A stretch of 58,978 nt of DNA, the filler included, from Circinaria calcarea (taxonomy: Eukaryota), in assembly GCA_051942165.1 (NCBI GenBank). It is 6 parts of 6 records of this genome, joined end to end, with 100 filler letters (N's around TTAATTAATTAA, not from the genome) between each part and the next. Parts side by side here need not be neighbours in the genome. Positions count along the whole stretch, not along the records: positions 9,880 to 19,658 come from JAVECS010000890.1; positions 19,759 to 29,529 come from JAVECS010000891.1; 4 more parts are not named here. One strand, written 5' to 3'. Shown piece after piece: positions 11,326 to 23,963 of this stretch. The notes under the pieces are model-generated. The model ran no database searches. It was not told where the DNA came from and worked only from the letters and a program-made list of their open reading frames with translations. The translations under genes were made by a program, and so were the position numbers. The first letter of the stretch is position 1. Each line of letters starts with the position of its first letter.

Positions 11326-13175
11326 ATGGAAGCTCTTCCGAATATGGACACCACGACGATGCCTGAGAGGATCGGAGAGTCTACTTCTCCTTCGCTGAGC
11401 GGCAGTACTCATGGCGCAGAGAAGCTAGAGGCGATGAGACTTGAAGGCATGGACGAGGAAGTCGTAGAGTATCCCCATGGTCTGAAGCTCTTTGTCGTCT
11501 GTACCTCTCTGTGTCTGGCAGTCTTCCTTGTTGCCCTGGTGAGTTTCCAAAGTGGCAGCCCAAATCCTCTTGCTTAACCATCATGTAGGATAATACGATC
11601 ATTGCAACCGCTATCCCAAGGATCACGACGCAGTTTGACTCCCTCAATGATGTTGGATGGTATGCCTCGGCCTACCTTCTCACCACCTGCGCTTTCCAGC
11701 TCATGTTTGGAAAATTCTACACCATCTACAATATTAAGTTCGTCTATCTCACTGCCATTGCCATCTTTGAGATTGGCTCGCTTGTTTGCGCAACCTCTCC
11801 AAACTCACCGACGTTGATCGTCGGTCGTGCCATTGCCGGATTGGGATCTGCCGGTATCTTCTCGGGCTCGTTGATCATTATCGCTCACTCTGTCCCCTTG
11901 GAAAAGAGACCTATATACACCGGTTAATACACCAAATTAAATCACTAATGGATTTCGCTCACCTCGATTAGGTCTTGTGGGAGCTATGTACGGTCTCGCC
12001 TCGGTCGCTGGACCTCTAATTGGCGGTGCTTTCACCGATCACGTATCATGGCGCTGGTAAGCATATCTAGGCTTTAAAGCAGCCTTGATCGTATTTACTG
12101 ATGAGTTTGAAGGTGCTTCTACATCAACTTGCCTGTCGGAGGTGTTGCGGTTGCCGGTATCCTTTGGTTTTTAAAGGCTCCTCCTGTTGCAGCTACTACC
12201 TCCCTTGGGGTTTGGGAACGATTCAAGGAATTCGATCCCCTTGGGATTGCGACCTTCTTGCCATCAATTGTCTGTTTGCTACTTGCCCTCCAGCTCGGTG
12301 GAGTCGACTTCGCCTACAGCAATGTCCGGATCATCATTCTGTTCGTTCTCTTTGGACTCTTGCTGATCGCTTTCATTGGGTTCCAATTCTACAGAGGAGA
12401 AAAAGCCACCGTACCACCCAGAATCATGGCCAACCGCACCATGCTCGGCTCCTCACTATTTGCTTTCTGCTTCGGTGGATCCTTCTTCACCGTTCTTTAC
12501 TACATCCCGATCTGGTTTCAAGCCATTAGAGGAACTTCAGCTACAAAATCTGGTATCGATAATTTGCCTCTATTGCTTGGCAACACTGTCATGAACGTTG
12601 CCTCAGGTGCTGCCATCTCTAAATTTGGATACTACACACCTTTCATGTATCTTTCTGTCGTGTTCATGTCTATCGGAGCAGGCCTTTTCACTACCTTCAC
12701 CGACTCTACCGGTTCAGCTAAATGGATCGGTTACCAGATCATCTATGGTTTCGGCTCCGGTATGGGCTTCCAGCAACCCATCATCGCTGCTCAAACTGTC
12801 CTAAAGCTTACTGATATTCCCATTGGTACTGCAACTCTCCTTTTGGTTCAACTCCTCGGGGGTGCCATTTTCGTCTCAGTTGCAAACAACATATTCAACA
12901 ACCGCCTAATTGAGAATCTCCTCCGCGATGTCCCTAATGTCAATCCTCAGGCCATCATAGCCGCTGGTGCAACGAACTTGAGGAGGATCACCAGTCCTGA
13001 GGACTTTCCTGGCGTCCAGCGGGCTTACAACGATGCCATCATCAAGACTTTCCGGATTGCTTTAATTGTTGGATGCATTGGAGCTATTGGAGCCGCGTTT
13101 GTGGAGTGGCGGAGCGTGAAAGCTGAAAAGAAGCAAGAGGCCGGAGGAGAGTCCGGTATGGGCCTCGCTGCATAA
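11326..13175 (+). CDS. MFS drug/toxin efflux pump, 14-TM DHA2 type (AflT/GliA-like); 4 exons
   Basis: EYPHGLKL...[22 protein letters not shown]...[11 protein letters not shown]...[14 protein letters not shown]...[22 protein letters not shown]...[10 protein letters not shown]; three GT-AG introns. Confidence 0.93.
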
Positions 13176-13847
13176 TCGGTCCCAAATTTATAAAAATCCT
13201 CCAGATAGATCTGTCCTGACCTGTGTTTGGATATTTTCGGGAAAGCTTAGGATGATACGCTTCTAGTCCCCAACAACAATTACATACTTATAGACTAATT
13301 TACCATCCCCCATATACTCTGTATCCAAAAAGACATCTATAGTCTGTGCCAGTCTTATAATTTCTGCCTCGATGATGCGTAAATCTCAGACTGAAGCGTA
13401 ATTTTCAATCACAAAAACATAAGATGCTTTACGCTTTGATTAGGACATGATCGGTTTGTCTCTCAAGCTTCCTTCCTTTAGCTTTAGCAAAGTATAAAGG
13501 CCAACCTTGTTTCCAATTGCCCAACCGTCGAGGAAAGAAGCCTTGTTCACCGATTGTAGAAGTCTGGAGCTGCGGAATCTCCCCAGTCACCTCTCCGTCC
13601 CAGCCAGCCCGAATTGTCAGCTTGGTTGCATTCCGGTGCCCCCGCCGTGGCTTACGGATCCTCGCTCTCCCGACATGCCGAAGATTACTCAAGCAAGCCG
13701 AAGCTTTATCGGCAAGACTATGATATAGGTATTCCTCTTCCTCTTATATACCCTCACATCGCCTTTCCACAGCCCAAACCCAGCAATCGCAGTCAATTCT
13801 ATCTCCGCAATCCCCCACTCCAAGCCACCACCATCCTCTCTACGACA

Positions 13848-14944
13848 ATGCCACCCTCCGCCGCCCTTCCTGCTCTAATTGCCGGTGTTGGCCCGGGCAC
13901 TGGCGCCGCTATTGCCCGCAAGTTTGCCCAAAGCTACCCGGTCATCCTGCTTGCCCGCAATGCAGCAAGCTACGAACCCATAGTCAAGGAGATCAACGAT
14001 AACGGGGGGAAAGCACGTGGGATCAGTGTGGATTGCACGGATGAGAAAGGGATGAAGGCGGTGTTTGGGGAGTTGGGGAAGGTGGACGGGAAAGAAGGGA
14101 TTAGTGTGAGTGCCTGGCCGTCGACCGGACCTCACCTGTGCAGGGACAACGGGCAGTGAAGGAAAAGGAAGCGGAAGAGCGTTCAATGCTAATTGATCCC
14201 TGTGCGGAACAGGCGGCGGTATTCAACTTAGCAGGCGGCTGGATTCGCAAGCCTTTCCTTGACCTGTCTCTCGAAGAATTCGAGTCTGGGTACCGCGGAA
14301 ACAGGTCTGTGACCACCCTGCCAACATCTAACCAGCTCCGATCCCAACTAATTGTCCACCTTCACACAGTCGTGGCGCTTACCTCTTTGCCCATCACACC
14401 CTCCCTTTTCTCCTCTCCACCGCCTCCACCGCCTCCGCCCACCCCCCAACTCTAATATTCACGGGCGCCACCGCCAGTATCAAGGGCAGCGCCACGTTTG
14501 CCAGCTTCGCGGTCGGCAAGTTTGGAGTCCGCGCGCTGAGTCAGAGTCTTGGACGGGAATTTGGACCTAAGGGGGTGCATGTTGCGCATGCGATTGTATG
14601 TGCTCTGTTCCTTTCTTCTCCCCATTGGTTTTTTCTTTTACCCTCGAAACCGGATGGATTCCTGGTACTGTAAGACTGATAGAGAGGTAGATTGACGGCC
14701 CGATCGATACCCCCACAGTCCGACGCTTCATGCAACCTGATAAACCAGATGCCCTTATCTCCCCAGAAGCCGTAGGTATCCCATTCTCTTATCCTCCCTC
14801 TCCGCTCTCCTCCTACTTTTAACTAACCACAATCCCCCTCTTCCCTACACACAGATCGCAGACGCATACTGGTGGCTCCACACGCAGCCTCGCTCCGCCT
14901 TTACGCAGGAAATCGACATTAGGACTTACGTTGAGAAATGGTGA
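13848..14944 (+). CDS. Short-chain dehydrogenase/reductase, atypical subfamily (Phe in place of the catalytic Tyr); multi-exon
   Basis: IAGVGPGTGAAIARKFA Rossmann motif; later exons IFTGATASIKGSATFASFAVGKFGVRALSQSLGREFGPKGVHVAHAI|IDGPIDTP...YWWLHTQPRSAFTQEIDIRTYVEKW*. Confidence 0.85.
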
Positions 14945-15778
14945 ACTTACGGACGGACCAAAAAGGGACCTGTATGGTTTCGAACATGAGAAAGTGTAGG
15001 AGGGAACACTAAGCTACTCTTTACCCTCGCTTTCTTGCAAGTCGTACGGGTGTTCGGAATGGTAGCGACTCTCCGGAGCCTTTTGTTTCTTTTGTTCAAA
15101 GGAACCTCTACCCACATTTCAACTGTATTCATGTCGGAAACGACTTGGATATAAAGCTGACTGTAGCTTGGATAACGGCTAGCAGCCGGCTTGCGCCAGG
15201 TGCTTCACTTATCGTCCGTGATTAGAGGTTTGCGATAAAAAAGACTAAACTACGATTCTCTCTAAATGCTATAGAGTTTGAATGAGGCTCTGGTGATTGA
15301 GGTGTTAATCGCTTCGGGCATTAAAGTCTTCTTTTCGAATATGTGCTCGCAGTAGTTGTTTTGCATTTTAACGGTTCATTGACAGCCTTCTAGGAGATGG
15401 CAAGACTTTTTAGGACAATAGGCATGTCATTCCGTACTATAGCACGGATTTAAATCCTACGCTAGCTTACCTTTCTATCTTAAGCTGCTTCCGATCCTTC
15501 GTCAGAGACCGCCTCGTTCTATGTAATAAACCAGTATTTTAGCCCGAGTCGCTATTCCGGGTCTTACAGTATGCTAATATCTGCAACAGGATAGCTCCCG
15601 TCAAGGCTGCAACGACACGAGGACGTATTCCAAAATCTATTGGGCTTCTGGTGAGAACGCGCAATGTCACATAAGCATGGGAGAAGGCATATAAGAAATG
15701 AGGTAAAGCTTGGTGACTACTTGACTTGAGGGCTTCACCGTATTTCCTCTGAAGACGAAAAGAAAACCCGTGAATGAA

Positions 15779-16804
15779 ATGGCTCGAGAAATCTCCAAGA
15801 CCCTTAATTTCAATGCCTTTGATGAATACCTGAACACTCAGCAGGGCCGTTTACCCGTCCTTCCAAGGATAGAGCAAGTCACCGCCCGAGTTATCCGTGT
15901 ACTGGGTGGTAACCCTGGAAAGGTACCGGAGATATTCCACTCCCTCTCTCGCTTACGGCTTTGGCTGTCGTCTTCAGCTGGGACTAATCGCTAACAAGGC
16001 TTACAGATTACTCTTCAAGGCACAAACACCTATCTTCTGGGTACAGGTGACGAGCGGATTCTCGTCGATACCGGACAGGGTCTTCCGGCCTGGGCCCAGA
16101 GCATCGCCGAGGTCATCGCCACAGAAGGCATCACCATCTCTCATGTACTCCTTACCCACTGGCATGGGGACCACACTGGCGGTGTACCCGACCTTATCTC
16201 TCTCGCTCCATATCTCGCCAACCGAATATACAAACACACACCAGACCGAGGTCAACGACCGATAGCCGATGGCCAGATATTCTCCGTCGAGGGTGCCACG
16301 GTCAAAGCCGTATTCTCACCGGGTCACTCGGTCGACCACATGTGCTTCACTCTCGAGGAAGAAAACGCCATGTTTACCGGTGACAACGTCCTCGGCCAAG
16401 GCACCACCGCCATCGAGGACCTCGGCGTGTACATGGCTTCCCTCCAAAAGATGCAAGCGGTCGGCTGCACCCTCGGCTATCCCGGCCACGGTTCCACCAT
16501 CGCCAACCTCAAGGCCAAGCTCGCCGAGTACGTCGGACAACGGGTCCGCCGGGAACGACAGGTCCTCATGGCGTTAAAGAAGCAACAGGAGCGGCACAAG
16601 CTCGCCGGATCGCCGGGCCGGGCCAGCGTGACCAGCCGGGAACTGGTCGGCTTGGTCCACGGCCACGGATTGGACGAGATCATGTCGGCCAAGGTCCTGG
16701 AGCCCTTTACCGACGAGGTTTTGCGCAAACTCGCCGGAGACGGCAAGGTCGGCTTTGAGCTGAAGGTCCGCCGGAAGAAATGGTTCATCCACGAACGTGC
16801 ATAA
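15779..16804 (+). CDS. Metallo-beta-lactamase-type thioesterase (ACTE/MdpF/AptB-like polyketide-release enzyme)
   Basis: ATG 15779, intron 15923-16006. RVLGGNPGK|ITLQGTNTYLLGTG...LVDTGQG...LLTHWHGDHTGG (HxHxDH)...SPGHSVDHMCF...FTGDNVLG...GYPGHG. Confidence 0.93.
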
Positions 16805-18339
16805 ATTGGCTGATATCTTTTTCTCGGTGTGCCTCTTTTTTTTTTCTTTTTGGTCCGGGGGACTTTTTCGCATCCGGGGGTGCATGGCGCGGGGAAATAC
16901 CGGGGCATTGGCATTGGCATTGGGGGCTTTGGAATAGAGAACCTTCTTAGAATGCATAGAATAGATAGGATCTTGACCTCAAAGACTTTTAATCCAAAAC
17001 ACCACTTGGCATGCTATTAATAGCTTTCCACACCCGACTTTTCCAGAAAGCGGCCCCGAGACGGTCGATAAAAACTTTGCCCGCCCGTCTCCAGTTACTC
17101 AAATGTCGTCCCCACTTCGGGGCGTTGCCCGCTTGCTTGCGCTGTTTGCACCCCTTCCGACGCCTACACTCGGTAAAACCCCCCTTTTGGGATGGCTCGA
17201 ACTATCACTTTACCTCTGTAAAACTAAAGACGGGGGGCTCTTTCGAAGGGGTTCTGCATGCCCGAATATCCTCCATCAGGCCCCCCCTCCCCCGGACACC
17301 ACGGGCGTATATCTCTTGGTGGCTGGCGCCGATGAAGGAAAAAACCCAGAGGGGCTCGCGCGTTACTGGTGTCTTGCCTGCCCCCATGCTTCCCGCAGTG
17401 GTGCTGTTCCATTACGGAAGCGGTTGTGGGGAATAGAACCTCCGAGGTCACAATTTCTAGGTACGGAAGGAAGGACTAGCTTTTTGAATCCCCCGCTGTT
17501 TGATCCCAATCGGTGGGGGAATGACAGAGTTAATTATTAGTGTTAAAATAATCGTTCCGGCACTTGCCCTAAACATCCCTCCTCCAAGTGTCACCCAAAC
17601 ATCCCCCCACAAAACCCTAATTAATTACCTGGAACTAATACGCTGATTATCAGGCAGGCTTAGCTGTGAGTTCACACGGAGCCATAAAGGCAAGTGGAAT
17701 ACTCTGTGACCAATCAGAACTTAATGCCCCCCAAAATGGATTACTATAGGAACTGATCTCACCTCAGCCATACCTATAAAGATATGGAATATCGGGCAAT
17801 AATGGATTGCAGATGCGGAATATTTTTAGAGGGTTCGTTCATGCTGATGCGTCTGCTTATCCCCTTTACCATCCGGCTTAAACGGCAACGTTGTGTTACC
17901 TCATATCCGGTAACGTTGAGGTATAAAGATCCTTCAAGGGTAGGGATTATACCAAAAAAGATTGGAAGTGTCAGCAATAGTCCGCTCACTGTTGTACTGC
18001 TATTGGAAGCGACTGCGCTGCTTGCTTGAAACCCCTAAGCATCAGCGTAGTAAGTCGACAGACTGCATTCCGAAAGGCCGTCTGCCTATCAACATAGGCA
18101 ATGAACATTGGAGCTGTAAGACGTTTCACCTGAAAGTACTATTAGCTCCATACTGTCTTTCTCGGATAAATGTACCCTTATCGGTTTGACAAATCTATAG
18201 AGCGACGGTAAGATATTCTCCTGTATATTCTGGTTATGAAAGCTACTCCTTCCTTGGACATGCATCTGCTAAAAGACGCGCTTTCAATCTTTTCTACTTG
18301 TCGTCTCAAACTCCCTTTCTTCCTCTTTAGCATTTCAAC

Positions 18340-19658
18340 ATGCAATTGAGCCCCATCTCGAGTGGTAGCAAAACCCCAAACGGCACGATGAAGCTCATCA
18401 ACTTCTCCAATGAATTCCCTCATCTTAATCTCCAAGAACTCTTCCGGCGCATACACACTCACAGCAAAAGCAAGAAGCACATTTTCTTGGCTGCCTTTGT
18501 TGACGAGGCCACTGCGGCTTTGAAGGAAGAGATACGATTACTACCTCAGACACTCAAGTCACTGATTCCCCCATTCGAAACCGTTTTGACGTTGGTAGAC
18601 CATGTCGAGCTTCGGAAAGGCCCCCTTAGTGGAGCGATTGAAGGACTTCTATTATGCTTAGTGGAACTTGGGACTCTGATAGGGTAAAATCCATTTCGAG
18701 ATTATTGCTCCCAGAATAATGATTCATGGTCTACGCAGGTACTTCGAGGATCATCCTAACGAATATGATTTCGATGGCTCGAATTCGTGCCTGGTTGGTA
18801 TGGGCATGGGCTTACTCGCATCGACTGCCGTTTCGCTGTCGTCAAGCATCCCTGAGCTCCCTCTTGCTGGTGCCGCCGTAGTCCGTATCGTATTCCGCCT
18901 AGGCGTCCTCGTGGACGAAATATCACAAAACCTTGAGCCTCGTGATGTGGAAACTCCGGAGAGCTGGGCTTGGGTAGTTGCAGAGACTACCGAAGAGGAA
19001 GTGCAGAAAGAGCTCGATGCTATGCAAAGTAAAAAGGTACGCTAATGAAGAGCTCCGTTCCAAGGGTTGGTTCCAAGGAACAACTCAGCTAACCGTGTGA
19101 AAGAAGATTCCCGAACCTAGTAAAATTTTCATCAGCGCAGCAGGAAAAACTTCAGTCACACTGAGCGGGCCTCCCTCGAGACTAAGTGCTATTTTCCGTG
19201 AATCCGAGTTACTCAGATACTCCAAACACATTGCAATTCCAGTGTTTGGTGGTCTATGCCATGCCAAACACATCTATAATCAAGAGCACATCGAGAAGGT
19301 AGTGCGAACCGCCTCGTTGGAGAAGCTAGAAAATGCTCGTCGTTCTCTTGTCCCGATAATGTCAACTTCTACCGGCAGACGGTATTCGGCTTCGGGCACT
19401 ACAGAGCTGCTAGAGTGTATTGTTGGAGAACTTCTTACCAATCCTATTCGATGGGATAACGTAATCGACGGAGTAGTCGATCATGCCAACGATATCGGAG
19501 CTTCGGAATGCAAGGTAATGGCTTTCCATATGTCTGCGCCAACAAAGGATTTGGTTTCCACTCTGGAATCAGACAGCGCACATCTCAAAGTGAAAACACA
19601 AGACATTGTTCAGTGGGTCCTCAGGGAATCAGAGGAGAACTCTCGAGGAACATTACAG
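18340..19658 (+). CDS. Non-reducing polyketide synthase, N-terminal SAT domain (group V type); truncated at contig end before KS
   Basis: FSNEFPHLNLQELFRRIH...LIPPFETVLTL...GPLSGAIEGLLLCLVELGTLIG|YFE...GMGMGLLAS...IFISAAGKTSVTLSGPPSRL...PVFGGLCHAKHIY...LLTNPIRWD; two introns; next to an MbL thioesterase. Confidence 0.9.
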
Positions 19659-19758
19659 NNNNNNNNNNNNNNNNNNNNNNNNNNNNNNNNNNNNNNNNNN
19701 NNTTAATTAATTAANNNNNNNNNNNNNNNNNNNNNNNNNNNNNNNNNNNNNNNNNNNN
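19659..19758. other. Artificial contig spacer
   Basis: N44-TTAATTAATTAA-N44. Confidence 0.98.
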
Positions 19759-21028
19759 TACTTTCACTCTTGTCTTCATCGGGTGGGACCTCTGCCTGGG
19801 CGGTCGATGCAACTTCGATACTCGTTTGCATATTTACAGCGTGCTGAAGAAGAAACGCTAATGACCGGTCTGAAGAGCAATCTATTCCCCGCTAGGGACT
19901 CCGAGGCTGAGGTGTTCACAAGCGGCCAGTGGTTACAGCGAAAATTTGGTATGCTACGACTCGAAACTCACAAGAATGATGATAGCTGGGTTCTTACTGG
20001 CCAGAAGAATGGAGTGCCGAATTGAGCTTTCCACCACTCGAGGCTCAGCTCAAGCTGCTGCTTCCCATCAAACAAGACTTCTTGCATCCCCAAGTTGATG
20101 AAGAGGCCGAGGCGTCGATCTGATTGCTCTCATAGCGCGTTTTGGTATGCGTAATCATCGCCACTCATTACAATGTAATTAGCAAAAACACAGAGAGCTT
20201 TCCCTACGTTCCACCTACGATCGATGATGCAATCCAGCCCGACCAGCGCTGTGCTAGCGTAATGTACGCCGACCGAATGGTCGACTGGAAGCTGTAGTGA
20301 TGACCATTCCGTGCAGGTGGCATACGCGGCAATTATCTTAGTTCAATGATGCGGATGGCAGATTGTGTGCTACAAAAGATCGATAGTCAACACGCATCAA
20401 GCACTAGGAAGAGCGGACGCGAATCCTTCAGCCGGTACACCCGAGTTGCTGACCGTCTCTTGAAGGATCAATCCTAAACACGGTTCGAGTGGAGAAAGTT
20501 GCTGCAGTACCTAAATTGGAGGCCAGCCACGACACATGGTCCCTTAAACTTCATGCCGCAAGCGATGCTAAGGCTAATCACACGCAAGGAGGAATGAGCG
20601 GATACCTCGCCGGTCTTCGCAAAGGAACAAGTTCAGCGGTGAGCAGATTAGGCGCTCCAAGGCTAACCATTGGGATGCCGAATGGCTTGGAGATCAGACT
20701 CTGGTCGGCCCCGATATGTTAAGGTTGATGCACGCTGTGCCTTTTGATCCTCATGGAGATGAAACTGGGTTACACCTGCGGTGAGCTCTTTTATGCCTCA
20801 GTACATTGGCCGCGAAGATTGACTCGTTCCTTAGTGAAGTGTGGTGAGCTAACAGCAGGCCTGAGATGACGGCGTTAGGCGGCGCTTACGTCGATCTTAT
20901 GTGACGCCTCGACAACATAGATACAGTAACTACAAGGAGTCCATAACTGCCACCGATCCCAACATAATGTTTACCAAAATATTAGGGGCAAGCTGTATCG
21001 TTTTCGAGGTCGTGAACTATCAAGGACC

Positions 21029-22900
21029 ATGCCTATGATTTCATGTGATAGTGTGACTCCTGGTATGCAGACCTCAGAGGCCGGTCATAGACCAAAGCCG
21101 CCTATCTTGGTGCGGTTCAGGTCCAGGCAGAACTTTATACTAGCGGTCATAGCTATGGCATGGTTTATGGTGATCGTCCAGTGTTCTCGACCTGCATATG
21201 GAATTTTGCTGATTTGGAGGGGCCTTAGGATGGCTTTCTCTACGGCATTGTAAGTAAACTTCGTAGCCAAGTGCGGGCAAGTTCAGCGACTGATGCGTCA
21301 ATGTTCGTTCGCGCAGATTGTCCCTGTCCTTCCCTTCGCTTTGACTGAGAGAGTTGGCATTCAAGAAGATGACAGCGCGTTTCGCAAGCGACTTCCCTCT
21401 TTGCCCTTGGTAGTTTTCGGGGGGTGGTTTATATTGCTTTTATCTCTGATTCTACCGCTTAAGCCCAGTACTGGGTTGCTGTACTCCTCGCGGTCTTTAG
21501 GGTTTCTCTGTGGGCGCTGTCTCGTAAGTCCAATGGCATCAACCGACATAGATATGCAGAGATGACCTTTCTCATTTAGCCGTGTGTGGAAATTTTGCCG
21601 ACCGCACCGCAACGCGGCGTTTTCCCATGCTGTTAGGTCTAGTGGCACTCGGTCTATCCACGACTCTCCTCTGTGTTGGGACCTCTATAGCAACACTTAT
21701 TGCAGGCCCGGTCCTACAGGGAGCCTCTGGAGCGATTGTTGGGTAATGGCCACAGATATCTTCTCTAAGTGTTCGTCTGTATATGTACTTTACTAATGTT
21801 GAATATCTTTTAGAACTGTCGGACTAACGATTGTTATTGATACAGTTGAAAAAGACGATATTGGGCGAGCTATAGGATATACCTCCGTATTCACTAGTCT
21901 TGCGATCATCCTCGCGCCATTATTGGGTGGTGTAGTATACGCTCGCGCAGGGTACTACTCAGTCTTTGCAATGGCCTTTGCTTGATTGCGGTGGATAATT
22001 CCCTTCGGCTAGTGATGACCGAGAAGAGTGTTGCAAAACAGTGGATGAGCACACTTCAAGCAGGAGAGGTATCAGCATCTGGAAACCAAGTATCTTACAC
22101 CTTCCGACTTCGCCCTATCGTTTTAAGGACTCTATACCCTACTAGGGAGGAAGGAGAAACCTCCCAACAGGGAGCACGTCCATCTATTGTGCTACTTTTG
22201 AGATCCCCGCGGCTTGTCGCAGCTTTGTGGGGTAGTCTAGTTCAAGCTATCCTGGTGACAGCCTTCGATACTGTATGCACAATCTACCCACCAATCAATT
22301 TGAGGGACTCTAAATTTCTCCATAGGTTTTACCGTTGTCCACAGTGACAGTTTTTGGGTTCAATTCTATTGGTGCAGGTGCGATTTTGATAGCTCTTCTT
22401 GGTCCAAGCCTCTTCTCACCTGCAATTTGTATGATCTATCTTCTGAATATCATGTTGAATGTACTAAAGATCTTGCACTAGGCTACTTGTCCGACCGGCT
22501 CGGAACGCGCTGGCTCGCTACCTTGGGCTTTATAACCGCTAATCCATCCTTGGTGCTTTTACGTTTCGTAGCGCAGAATTCACTGAAATAGATTGTAATG
22601 CTCTCTGCTCTACTGGCTCTGATCAGCTGCTCCATTACCCTTTTGATGGTACCCTTGATGGCTGAGATTGCCTATGTGGTCGCTGAGAAAGAGGCAGGAA
22701 ATCCTTCTGCCTTTGGTAAAAGAGGAGCCTATGCTCAAGCCTACGGGCTTTATAACTGTTCATTCGCGGTCGGGACTTTAATAGGTCCTATCTGGGGCGG
22801 TTTTATGCTGTCCAACCTGGGCTGGGGAACCGTGACTTGGACCTTAGGTCTACTTTCGTTTGTCACAGCTATTCCGACGATGATATATATTGGCAGTTAG
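21029..22900 (+). pseudogene. MFS transporter (vesicular-amine-transporter-like fungal family) with in-frame nonsense codon
   Basis: DGFLYGI|IVPVLPFALTER...CGNFADRTATRRFPMLLGL...APLLGGVVYARAGYYSVFAM...YAQAYGLYNCSFAVGTLIGPIWGG. In-frame TAG at 22589-22591 (LRFVAQNSLK*IVML). Confidence 0.75.
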
Positions 22901-23063
22901 ATATGAAGTCGTGTTCGTTTCAAGCCTGTCATTGTAAAACTCCTCAAGAATAGGAGGCATGCATTGCACCCGCAAATATACCATGTCGTATTATATGCTG
23001 CTCTATATCTATGAAGGCTGCAATCTCGAAATATTTCTCGGGGTTTTGGCAATACTTTATTGA

Positions 23064-23963
23064 CTACAAGAGCATAGAACCCCCGTTTCCGGCAATAATA
23101 TCGCCATTGATCCATCTAGCTGCGTCGCTTGCTAAGAATGCAACAATTTGAGCAACGTCATCTACAGAACCAAGTCTTCTTGCAGCGCTCGGCAACTGTA
23201 GCAGAGATTCTCGCTTTCCAGCGGTCAGATCTGCAGCGGAATGCATCTCTACGATACCAATGGCAATAGCATTAGCGGTCATTCCGTGGCTTTTCCCCAA
23301 TTCTAGCGCCCAGTGGCGTGTCAGACATTCCAAAGCCGCCTTAGAACAGGCGTAAACTGCAAGGTTATCGGCTGGTAAGTGTGCGAGAGTTGACGAGCTG
23401 CCATATGATTAGATCCTTCACGTCCAGAAATAGGGTAAAAGAAAGGCCAAACATGTTGATAACGCGGCCTCCGCAAGAGGATACGTGTGGAAGGAGAGAT
23501 TGGAGCAGCAGCAGAGGAGCGCGTACGTTGACGTTCATGACTCTGGGAACGATGTTAATTTTATCCTCGAGTAAGAGCAGGATAGAAGTGCATACTTTTC
23601 ATACAAGGACGGGTCAAATTCTAATGATGATGCAGCAGGTGTATCAGCACCAGCATTGTTGACCAGAATGTCTATCTTGTTAACATTGAGGCCCCTTAGT
23701 GCTGCCGAGATGACTATGTGCCCGCAGTCGAGCTCACCCAAGTCGGTCTTGATGACAGTGGCTTTTCGGCCCAAGCTTGCTATTTCATCGGCCAAGCGCT
23801 GTGCAAGAGAAGTGCTAGAGTCTGCTTGGTAGACAAGGGCAACGTCGGCACCTCGTTTGGCCAACTCTATAGCAATGCGTGTGCCAATGCCGCGAGACGC
23901 TCCAGTAACTAGAGCAACTTTGCCGATGAGGGATAGTTCTGGCGGTAAGGTAAGGGAATCCAT
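23064..23963 (-). CDS. Classical SDR (FabG-like oxidoreductase); 3 exons, apparently intact
   Basis: VALVTGASRGIG, DILVNNAG, VMNVNVRAP, RVINI|SS, YACSK (YxxxK), RLGSVDDVAQIVAFLASDAARWINGDII. Both introns splice in frame. Confidence 0.88.

Noticed and set aside
14947..18339. AflR-type TCG-N5-CGA sites in the PKS cluster promoters
   Set aside because: Only near-misses were seen by eye (for example TCG-N4-CGA at about 15134).
19759..21000. Degraded gene upstream of the MFS pseudogene
   Set aside because: Coding-like fragments with many stops but no recognisable family; cannot be supported without a search.
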